DNA of 64,000 bases, from the NCBI GenBank assembly GCA_951406725.2, contig OX597821.1, positions 69,006,001 through 69,070,000 of the forward strand, in the 5' to 3' direction. The notes under the pieces are model-generated. The model did no database searches and was not told where the DNA came from. It saw nothing but the letters and a program-made list of their open reading frames with translations. Position numbers and translations under genes: made by a program. Shown here piece by piece: positions 52,704 through 64,000 of the stretch (position 1 is the stretch's first letter; each line of letters starts with the position of its first letter). This DNA comes from Octopus vulgaris (lineage: Eukaryota).

Positions 52704-52839
52704 ATATAAGGATTTTTTTGCGTAATGAGATAAAAAACCAAGGCTGTATAGATATTAGAGCATTTATAGATATCTATAAATGCTCTAATATCTATACAGC
52801 TTTGGTTTTTTATCTCATTACGCAAAAAAATCCTTATAT
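52704..52839. repeat. Spacer-less palindrome (68-bp arms, 1 mismatch) of the H3 element tail
   Basis: Centre GATATC 52769-52774; arm matches 15085-15143. Confidence 0.88.
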
Positions 52840-53194
52840 CACACACTGGCATAGAACCAACGTTGAACCCTTTATTCGCAATATTACCGAATCTGGAAGT
52901 TAACTATGGTCTGTCTATAGCACTTATTCAGCATTACCCGACACCTTTGGGTCTCAATGACACCATTATCTCTTTTATATATATATTTATAGTTGAGTAC
53001 AGAGCATAATAAAAAATTAAACAAATGACAAGAGAACAAAAATCATTTAATGAACTTCATTTGCTTACATCTGTTTCTGCTGCAAGATGCAATGCGCTCA
53101 TGTCTGATTGCTTGTGTATCAACTTATAGCTTTGTTGGAGCTTCAGAACTGAAGTGAAGTTTTATTTGGGAAAACATATATATATATATATATT

Positions 53195-53332
53195 TTAGAA
53201 GAAATGAGGTAATCAGAAGATTGGATGGTTCATATTTACAGATATTTATTTATATATTACATTTTTTACATATATATATCATATCATTCAAATCATTAGC
53301 GCTTTCTCCCATTCTAGTGGGGCTTTCAAATC
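53195..53332 (-). mobile_element. Single-arm copy of the H5 PLE-like end
   Basis: Few substitutions relative to the 30379-30515 arm; adjacent to (TA)n. Confidence 0.8.
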
Positions 53333-53363
53333 AAAATAATTCCTTTGTGGGAAATTTTAATCT

Positions 53364-53395
<32 letters not shown>

Positions 53396-53689
53396 GGAAT
53401 TTTTGTCAATGGTGAACTTTTCCATACATCTAAATCTTTTCCAAATACAATTGTACTTGCCTAAGTAAAATATATATATACACAGACACATCATCATCAT
53501 TATTTAACATCCGTTGTCCATGCTGGCATGGGTTGGATGGTTTGACCAGGGCTGGAAGGCTGCACCAGGCTCCAGTCTGATTTGGTATGGTTTTCTATGG
53601 TTGGATGCCTTTCCTAACGTCAACCACTCTGAGAGTATAATGGGTGCTTTTACATGTCACTGGCACGGATGTTTCATATATATATATTC

Positions 53690-53738
<49 letters not shown>

Positions 53739-53779
53739 TAAAGGCACAGGAGTGGCTGTGTGGTAAGCAGCTTGCTTAC

Positions 53780-55252
53780 GCGCATGCGTCACCCAGAGTG
53801 CATTTGGTTTGTCGTTTGTGTCGGAGGTTGGTTTTTGTTGCTGCTTTGAGGATAGAGGCAATGTACTCAGACTTTAGCAGGTCTGAATTATCCTCAGAGG
53901 AGGAGGAGCTGGTGAAGGTGGTGAGAAGAATGGACGGAATATTGGAGAGAACAAAATGTTTTTCTGAGGTGGCAGAGGTGAAGAGAAAGGATGTAGACCT
54001 GGCTGGACTAAAGGAATATGGAAAAATGATGCAGAAGGTGGGTGGTGATGTGTGAAGTTGTTGCCACCTGAAAGAATCATGGAGCAAATGGAGAGGAAAA
54101 CTATCACCTGTAGGGTGCATTCACTGAAGAACAAAAAGGCTGAACAAGTGGAAGCGGAAATAATAGAAAAAGCGCTAAGGAAACAGTCAACGGATGTAAA
54201 TATGGGACAGTGGTCATCCAGTTTAGAACAGTGGAGGAGGCGAAGAGGCTGGCAAGTGTGGTGGTGCTTCTGCTCACATATCTTGGAAGAAAGACTTCCA
54301 AAGTAAGAGTGGAAACAATCCCACCTGATATAGAAGTGGCTTGGGTCATGGCAGCCGTCCTCGTTGGAAGTGAGGAGGAGGTGGCTGTCCTCAAAGTCAC
54401 GGAAACAGGAGGAGGATAGAGAAGGGAATCACTGGATCTCATTCTGCAGGCGGAGGTGAAGCAGAGTTTGGCAAGACTGACGAGAAGAAGCAGCTAGAAA
54501 GATGGTGACGTTGGGAGAAATTGTGTTAAGAGTGTGGGTGGAGGGCAGAAGCCCATGTTGTTTTAAATGTGGCCAAAAGGGCCACATTAGAGCACACTGC
54601 CCTCTACAGAAGAAAACAATAGATGAAATAACAGATGAACTAGTTGCAGAGATGGAGGAGAAAAGAGAAGAAAAAAAGAAAGCGAGAGGAAAAGAGGAAG
54701 AATGGATAGTAACAGAGTAGAAGGAAGAAGAGGAAGAAAAGAAAGAACACTGAGTATGATGTGGTACCCCAGTCCAACTCCATCCCACCCAAGACCACTC
54801 AGACCCACCTGTCCTATACAGACACCAAACCCACCCACCCCCTTTCCCCACAGGAAAAGGGAAACGAGAAAAGAGCAGATACCACAGAATTTAGAAGACA
54901 GGGGTCTTCTAAATTCTGTGGTATCTGCTCCCGGTGAAAAAGGTTACGAAAGTGTGTTGTCATTGAGCGATAGCAAGTGCGGAAATAGAAGGACTAGACC
55001 AGAGACTAAAGAGGAATTAGGACTCAGAGACTGCGAGTGGTGTTACTCAGTGTGGAGTGAGTAGCACACTCTGCATATTTTCATTTTCAGATATCCTGCA
55101 CGTTATCATAACCTTAATTTATTTTCTCATGTTCATTTTCACATCACTCATAGTATCATATTTTATTTTTACATATTTTTAATTGTTATTTGTCCCCACA
55201 TGTTTTATAGTGTCCCCTCTATGTGATTCTTTTATGGCAAAATATTGAAATA
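53780..55252 (+). mobile_element. ORF1-only (half-L1-like) retroelement inserted in a family A SINE head
   Basis: 15-bp TSD AAG(C/T)AGCTTGCTTAC (53765-53779, 55253-55267); disrupted ORF1 from 53861 with CFKCGQKGHIRAHC knuckle; ends at AATAAA; no RT. Confidence 0.8.
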
Positions 55253-55585
55253 AAGTAGCTTGCTTACCAACCACATGGTTCTAGGCTCAGTCCTACTGTG
55301 TGGCACCTTGGGCAAGTGTCTTCTACTATACCCTCAGGCTGACCAAAGCCTTGTGAGTAGATTTGTTAGACAGAAACTGAAAGAAACCTGTCATATATAT
55401 ATATGTATATGTTTGTATGTCTGCGCTTGTTCCCACCACCATTGGTTGATAACCAATGTTGGTGCGTTTACATACCTGTAATTTAGCATTTCAGCAAAAG
55501 AGACTGATAGAATAAGTACTAGGCTTACATAGAATAAGTCCTGGGGTCAATTTGTTTGACTGAAACAAATAAAAGAAAAACAAGA

Positions 55586-55617
<32 letters not shown>

Positions 55618-55667
55618 ATTGTTGGCGATTTTCTTTCTCTGCCTTCCCTTCTTTGGACTTTTTCTAT

Positions 55668-55701
55668 ATTTCTGATGAAGAGCTCCGCTCAAAACGTGAA
55701 A
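55668..55701 (+). ncRNA. Degenerate minimal hammerhead (H8) within PLE-like tail 55620-55800
   Basis: TTT-CTGATGA-A-GAGC(TCC)GCTC-AAAAC-GTG-AAA; G12 and H17 mutated. Confidence 0.5.
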
Positions 55702-55799
55702 TCCTCTTTCTTTTCTTTCCTTTCCTGAGCGTCCAATAACACTGTACTTATTCCATGTCCTTGCATTGTTGTTTTTTCTTGCTTGTTCATGTTTGGATT

Positions 55800-55867
<68 letters not shown>

Positions 55868-56500
55868 GTATATATGTACACACTCATACATACATATATA
55901 AACACAGACATGCATATATCTATAAACTTGTCTATAGAAACATTCACACACATATACATATATTTGTATAAACATATATGTGTGTGTGTCTGTGAAGGCA
56001 CATGGCTAAGTTTTTAGGGTATTCAGCTTATGAATCAGTTCGGTTCCTGGCAGTGCATTATGTCCTTGAGCAAGATGCTTTATTTCATGTTGCTCCAGTT
56101 CACTCAACTGGCAAAACTGAGTTGTTCCTGTAATTCAAAGGGGTAATACTTGCCACATTCTGTGTCTCTGAATCTCCCTAGGAATTATGTTAAGGGTATG
56201 CATGTCTGTGGAATGCTCAGCTACTTGTTTGTTGATATAATGAGCTTCTTTCAGTTTCCATATATCATATCCCCCTCACAAGGCTTCGGGACTGTAGTGT
56301 AAGGCAGATATCAGTGTGCCATGCAATGGAATTGAACCCAAAACCACTTGGCTGGGAAGTGAACATTTTATCCATACAGCTCTGCCCGATCATATACTCG
56401 TATATATATAGAGTTGAAATTTACTGAAAAACAAAAGACAAAAACAGGTGTATGAAGAACAAGCAGGTGTATTAGTTTGATGCTCAGGATGGTGAGAAAG

Positions 56501-56535
56501 TCTTATGTTTTGAGCCTATGCTTTTCAACAGAAAG
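56501..56535 (-). ncRNA. Degenerate minimal hammerhead (H8-related)
   Basis: Reverse complement TTT-CTGTTGA-A-AAGC(ATAG)GCTC-AAAAC-ATA-AGA. Confidence 0.4.
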
Positions 56536-58988
56536 GAACAAGCAGAAATAAACAGAGAGAGAGAGAACAAAAAAGATTTGTGGATTAAGCAGTCAATCAA
56601 TCAATCAATCAATCAATCTATCTATCTATCTATCTATCCATCCATCCATCTATACACACATACACACACATATATCTTGAAATAGGGCATTTTTAACAGT
56701 CAACAACTGAGGAGGGGTTAGACTTCTTTTGGCATTTTGTCCCATAGTTGTCTCTCATTATGTGTTTACTTATTTTTCACTTGCTGGTGATGTTCTATTC
56801 TTAATGTATATTTTTTGGTAATTCGTTTTGTACTTATCACTTGTGTGTCTACATAATTTTCACTTGTTGGTGATGTCCTGTACTTGATGTATTTTATATT
56901 TATTTAATTATACACACACACACATTTATATATATGTAAACATATATGTGTATATATGAATATATATATCACCAGCATTTACTGTCCCTTTTTCCATGCT
57001 GGCATGGGTTGGACAGTTTGACAAAAACAGATGAGCCAGAAGGCTCAGTTAGGTTCTATGTCTGTTTTGGTATAATTTCTACAGTTAGATACCCTTCCTA
57101 ATGCAACCACTTAACAGGGTGTGCTGGGTGCTTTCTACCTGGCACCTGCACCAGTGAGGTTACCAAGACTTGCAAGATAAGACTTCTCAACTGAGCTGGG
57201 TACAGACTGGAGAAAGAAACTATGGTAGAGGTAGAAGAGCAGGTATTTTGCTGAAGAGGTGAATATATGACTTGCTAACCTGGAAGATGAGAGAGAGATG
57301 TGAGGTTTAGGTACAATGTGGATATGAGACAGATTAGGAAGTACACTGAGTGAAAATAGTGTTACAGGTAATCTTATGATAATTGCTTATGTCAACTCAG
57401 AGTAACAGCTTCAATAAAAGACTATATTTTAATCTACTTTTGGGTCTTGAGTACTGTTCTCTCTACTTTGTTTTGTACTGCTCTGCCTACCACTCCACCC
57501 AATATCTCTCAGTATGTGGCTTGGCATCTAACACTCACCTTCAGATTCATAGAGAGCAGGGTCTCATCTTCTCTCTCCAACATGTCCTTTGGTCTAAATT
57601 CACAACCTCACTTTGTCTAACTGCTCCAGAATTACACACCTCTTCCTCTTGCTCTCCCTTTTCTACTAACCATGAGTCACCTTGCAAACACACCCTCAAT
57701 GCATACAGTTTCTATACACATCCTTTCAATCACCACTCCCATATACATTCACACCTTTCACTTACCCATTGGTGTATGCACATACACCTCAACTCCTCTA
57801 CCAGCTTATCTCTTTCACACACTTGCACTGGCATGCAGATACACTTATTCCCTTACATCTATTCTTACCATATGCACATGCATACACATACCATCTTATC
57901 TCTTTGATACACACACATTCTAGCACAAGGACACCCACACCTGCCTACTCTTTACATAGACACATAAATGCAGTTACTTTTACTCTTGTAAGTACACTCT
58001 CTACTTATACACATGTATACAAACATATATACACACACACACTCACTCAGGTATGTGGACGTGCGCACATTCATGTACACTCACTCTTCAACACTTAAGC
58101 ACTACTCTTTTTTGTTGACAACTTTGAATCATGCCTTTCTTTCCCTCCCTTCCACCCAACACCTCTGTTTGACCGCTACTCACTCTTTAGCTTGCCACCC
58201 TCACATGATAGTTCTCTTGCTTCTTCCTTTCCCTTACTGTCTACTTTTCTCTCAAAAAGACAAATTTTGTTCTTTCTTCTATTTTCTTTTTACATCACAT
58301 GTATTAAATAAGGTTTTTCACTTGTTCATCACAGTTATTTCTTCCCCATGGATTTTACTGGCTTCTTCATCTCCGATATCTCTCTTCATTCATGGATTTT
58401 ATAAGTTTCTTACCATTCTTTTGGTGCTCTACCAAACACTCCGGACCTTTTACCATTGTTGTATAGTTTTTTCTTACCAGTTTCCTTGACTTTTCTTCTC
58501 TTTACAGAATCCGTAAATTTTTCCATCTTTCTCAGATTTGTTTAAACCTTCCCTCTTTGTGAAAAAATGTTTTCACACACCGATGCACTTTTGTTATGCA
58601 CCTGCATTCACATAGTGTCTTCCACATTGCTGTTGTCACTCTTTGTGATTCACCAATATCTGTACCGCCTCACTCTTGTTCCTGCTTTACCTCCTCATAT
58701 TCACCTTCACATCACATCAGTATGCACACAGCAACACACCAACGTTCCCCCAATAACCAATACCATGATACCTTCACACTTTTTTTTCACATCACTATAC
58801 ATATATACCATGCTAACACCCCATTCCCTTATGCTTGTTTCCAGACACAGATATACTCTTATACTTGCATCTCCGCACTTGCCCATTCCTCCTTAACTCA
58901 GCCCACATAACAATTTTCTTATCTGGTTTCCAATCCTTTGTCCATTTTTTTTTTACTGATTATCATTTTTCTCCATCTAAACTTCTCT

Positions 58989-59022
58989 CTTATGATGAAG
59001 GACTAACATCTGAAAAGTTAAG
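58989..59022 (+). ncRNA. Degenerate minimal hammerhead (H9) at end of a long C/T-rich tract
   Basis: CTT-ATGATGA-A-GGA(CTAACA)TCT-GAAA-AGTT|AAG; stem I CUU/AAG. Confidence 0.45.
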
Positions 59023-61847
59023 AAATATTCTCTTTCCATTAAACGTTAATACCTTTTTAATGTTTGTTGCATTTACATACCTATATGACAAAATACAGAT
59101 GTGTTGAGAGAAAAATTGGGTGTAAGAAGCATCAGATGTGCGAGGAGAGTGTGCTGGCATGATCATGTGATGCAGATGGCTAAGGAGAAATGTATAAAGA
59201 AGTGCTCAATGCTAAATGTGGATGGCACCTGTGGAATACAGAGATGTGGGATGAAGTAGACCTTAAAATGTAGAGACTTAGAGGAGGTGACAAATCAACT
59301 GATATGAATGATGATATACTGTGCTTGAGAAGACCTATTTATCTTAACAAAAATGAGGTCCTGTCAGACCTTACCACACAGCTTACCTTCTAACACCCAT
59401 CCCTCCAGCAATCTTCTACCTGTGGCACTACCCACCCAAATACTATAAATTATACTATTTATCCACACAATACACATTGTATCCCTACTTTTTCTTCTTA
59501 TCCCCTCCTTCTTCTCCTCCCTGACCTATTTCCTTCACTTCCCTCATCCAAACTGTTATTTCAATACACCCAACTCAATCTCCATCTCTGATCATCTGTG
59601 ACACTTTTTTCACTCTAATGCACATATCTACCCACTCACTTTTTCTGTTCCTGTATCCCTATTCTCTCTTTCATATTCACCTTGTACCTTGACCTAATAC
59701 TCCTCTCTATTTCCAACTGAGGAAACCTGTCCCACTACCGTGCTTTCACATTTCTCGATACTGCACTCAACTCAGTTAAAGGGTGTCTTGTTTTGAGAGT
59801 ACTTGGTGACCCCACCAGTGCTGGTTTCATGAAAAAAGCACTCTGTAAAGTGGTTGATGTTAGAAAGGGCATCCAGCTATAGAAACCATGCCAAAGCTGA
59901 CAGAGCTTGGCACAGTCTTCTGGTTCATTGGTTCCTGTTAAACTTTTCAACCTATGCCAGCATTGAAAAAGGGAAATTAAATGGTGATGATATGTATATA
60001 TCTGAATATATGTATGTGTGTGGGTGTGTGTCTGACTGGCACCCATGCTAGTGGCACGTAAAACGCACCATCTGAGCATGGTCGATGCCTGTGCTGCTGG
60101 ATTGGCTCCCATGCTGGTGGCATGTAAAAAGCACCATTCGAGCATGGTCGATGCCAGTTCCGCTTGACTGGCTCCTGTGCCAGTGGGATGTAAAAAGTAC
60201 CCACTACACTCTCGGAGTGGTTGGCATTAGGAAGGACATCCAGCTGTTGAAACCTTGCCAGGTCAGATTAGAGCCTGGTGCAGCCTCCAGCTGTCTGTTG
60301 TGACATGGTTTCTATGGCTTGATGCCCTTCCTAATGACAACCACTTAACTGAGTATGCTGGGTGCTTTTTACGTATATGCATACACACACACACTTATAT
60401 AGTTATACTTACATATGTTTATATGCGCAAACTCATGCACATATATATGGCTGTGGTTAATAAGCTTGCTTCCCGACCATGTGGTTTGGGTTCAGTCCCT
60501 CTACATCGTACCTTTGGCAAGTTACTTTCATTGTTCTTCCAGGCTAACCAAAGACTTATGAGCACATTTGTTTATGCCTCTTTATCTTGAAATTGCATAT
60601 AAGAATATGTTTCATGCTAATATATCCTGTCATGTGGAAATATTTACCTTGGCTGGAGATGAATGAGGGTTAGTGAAAGGAAGGGCATCTGGATGTAGAA
60701 AACCTACTCTAATGGATTCCATCTACCTCATGCAAGCATGGAAAAGTGGATATTAAATGATGGAGATATATGGTGATATTCCATGGAAAAAACTCCATTA
60801 TACCTTATAAAAGTGATTGGTGATAGGAAAGGGTATGCAACTGTAGAATCCACATGAAGGTGCCGAGATAGAGTGTGACACTCCTCCAACTGGATATAAG
60901 TGAGGGTTGGCAACAGGAAGGGTGTCCAGCTGCAGAAAATCTGCTTCAACAAATTTCGCCTGACCTGTGTAAACATAGAAATATGAACATGAAAATGAAT
61001 ATGGTGATGTATGTATAGAACAGAAATGATGTATATATCATATAATACATAGTATTATATTTATAGGACATCTATCTGTCTATCTTTAAATGCCTACATA
61101 CACACACACAGACATAACATGCTTATTGTGAACTTGCCTACATACTCTCCTGTCCTGTCCTCTGTACGGCTTTACTTACTTTCACCACCCTGTAATTTTA
61201 GGGTATACCTTGACACTTCTTCACTGTCTTCTCTCTCCTCTCTTTTCCAACTAAGTTAGCCATGTATCTCCTCTGTAGCAAGACTATTTCTGTCCCTCTA
61301 TCATACTCTAACCTCACATCACCTGGCACAGAGCCACCCATCTCAATATTATTCCCACCTCGTTAAAGGGGTTTTGTTTTGTAAGTATACCTGGTGACCT
61401 CTCTGGTGCTGGCGCTCCATAAAAGTACCAAGTGCACTCTGAAAAGTGGTTGGCGTTAGAAAGGGCATCCAACCATAGAAACCGTGCCAAAGCAAACAGT
61501 AGTCCCCTGGCTTGCTAACTCCTGTCAAACCGTCCAATCTATGCCAGCATGATAATGATATACAATGCCTATAGAATATATATGTATATTCTGTATTTAT
61601 TGTTTATATTAGATGGATATACGTATTCTATAGTTATACATATAATTGTTTATATGATATCTATAGTTTCTCGTTCTGTATGTGTATATATACACACAGA
61701 CACATTCTATATATATTGTTGTATACATCTATATATATTTTATATTTATACACACATATGCATATTTGTGTGTGTGTATATATACGCATATGTTTATAAT
61801 GTTTATATATAAACATATACATATATATATATATACTTAATAGTATG

Positions 61848-61879
<32 letters not shown>

Positions 61880-63023
61880 CGTACGTTTTATATTCAAAAG
61901 GCGATTATGGCTGTAGAGTGTTACGTATGACTGTCTCTAATTTGGAATTGTAATACTCGCTTCCTGATACCTTACCTGTTGATATACTTGTGGTCACTAT
62001 ATACATAGAAGCTATATGTATTCAGTTAATCATACGGGTATAGTGTATACTAGTGTGTAGGTGGTATGTGAACTGTGTGAATGTTACTCAGTGGTTCTTG
62101 TAAGCCAACCCCCTCTGCATTTTCTTCGATTTTTGTTGGGTGTGACACTTCAAATACTTAATCTCTCTCTCTCTCTTTATCTCTCTCCCTCACACACGTT
62201 TTGGTGCTTTAACACTCCACCATATCTATTCCAACACCAGCAATGATCGATGTGACAAGAGCTTACGTTACAATAAATGTACCTTAGGGTCTGACTGCTA
62301 TAATTAGTTTTTGTTAGTTACACCGAAAGCACTACGGTATATTTGTATATATATATGTGTGTAGGTACGTAAGCCATCCTGAATACTAAGCCTTTGCTAC
62401 CAGCACTTCGATGTTGTTTAATTAGTTAGCTTGAATCAGACAGGACATTTTTCAGTAGTAAATTTAAAGCGTGAAAAATAAAAGAAATAAAACAAAACTC
62501 TGCCAGTTTCATCTCGGTCTCTTTCTTCTGCTAGTATTTCTAATAACTCGGCGATGCATCAGATTTTAGATTTATCTAATACATTTTGTATGGTACCTTT
62601 GTACTCTTGTAATGCTGTTCTTTGGAGACGTTCTCTCATTCATTTCAGCGTCACCATAGCTTGAGTCTGTTCTTGGTTTCTAATATTTCTTCCGATATTC
62701 TCCATCTTGTATCTTTGTTAACGCTTCTTCCTACCTACAGTGTAGTAGTAACACTTCCTACATTTCTGTATCTCCATGTAGTATCCCTTCTGCCGTGTCT
62801 ATATTTAAAACATGTATCCCACCTCAAGCCTCTTATAAGCACCATGCAGTTATTGCACCATTTAAAATATTCTTTCTAAACACCTCTGTAGCAATACGTA
62901 TTATAATTTCTAACGCCTTCACATAATGCATGTATTACATACACCTTGCAATATCTCTTGAACACTCCTCAGGTAGTATCCTTGCTCACATAATGTACGC
63001 GATTATAGTATTTCTTAATCGTT

Positions 63024-63064
<41 letters not shown>

Positions 63065-63408
63065 ATGCACAAACTGCTGCTGTAGTCCTTCCGACTTATT
63101 TATCCACACTATGTATTTAAGTTTTTACATACTCTTTGTATTCATTATAACGCAATAGATCTTTAATTACAGTACCTTTTAATTTTATTTTCTCTCCACC
63201 ACTGAAGGGTGACCGCTTTATATATATATTTATATATTATAGATAGATAGGTAGGTAGACAGATGTAGTCTTTTGGTGAAATTACTCAAAACTACTTGTG
63301 TAAGAGAGAATGAGGAGTGACAATGTGTAGCAGTGCACACATACACATACTGACTGCAGTGTTGTGCAGCAGAGAAGCTGTTTTGTTGAATGGTCATTGT
63401 AAATCATT

Positions 63409-63444
<36 letters not shown>

Positions 63445-64000
63445 ACTAATTGAAGCAAACGGTCGTTCTATAGTGAGTTAATGATGATGTTTAGCCAGAG
63501 GTCTGTTCTCGTCAAACACCTATGATCAAAGGTGTTTCAGCACTTTGACTATCCTATCTTTTCGTATTTATCAGGGATCACATTGTCCTGTGGAATAAAT
63601 AAATAAATAAGACTGACAGGTCATATTTGCCTTCAGGTGGCCTGGTGAAAACGTTCACAAAGCTTACTCGACACATTACAAAGCTTGTTTTTGTCAAAGC
63701 TTCCTTTCGCAATTCAATCTATCCCACAAGGAGTAAATTGAATCCGGTCCGTCCGACAGGTTTCCTTCCCCATAGTGGTTGCAAAGCAAATTTCTCTTAC
63801 ATATGCATCCTTTATTTAATAGGGTAAATATATGATTTGAAGGAAATTTGGTTGCTATTTCCTGCTTGTCGAATGGCTACATAGATTTCCTTCTTTTGCG
63901 ATCGTGCCGTACTGTAGAGTTTTTTTATGTTAACACACGTATGTTTATTTGCACGTTGTCGTTTAACTCCAAGTGAGCCTTCCTGCCGTGACCATCCCGT

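Overview
AT-rich eukaryotic (animal) genomic DNA. The SINE families and extreme microsatellite load resemble an octopus genome (inference). Nearly all long ORFs in the supplied track are microsatellite or transposon artefacts. The only convincing host gene segment is missing from that track: the first coding exon of an Abl tyrosine kinase (44455-44566, +; MGAQQTK...NIFAEHN|gt, myristoylated 1b-type N-terminus). It is preceded by a CpG-retaining promoter region with a YY1-like motif and followed by a first intron running past the window end. The rest is nested repeats: tRNA-derived SINEs, RTE and CR1-type LINE relics, two ORF1/zinc-knuckle L1/Tx1-like elements, Tc1/mariner relics, MITEs and a probable solo LTR. 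The most striking signal is about 17 minimal type-I hammerhead ribozyme motifs from about 9 sequence families, tied to Penelope-like (PLE) ends. These include a tRNA-headed SINE carrying a hammerhead, inserted twice as an inverted dimer with 12-bp target-site duplications, and three near-perfect 136-298 bp palindromes. All coordinates were read by eye and may be off by a few bases.
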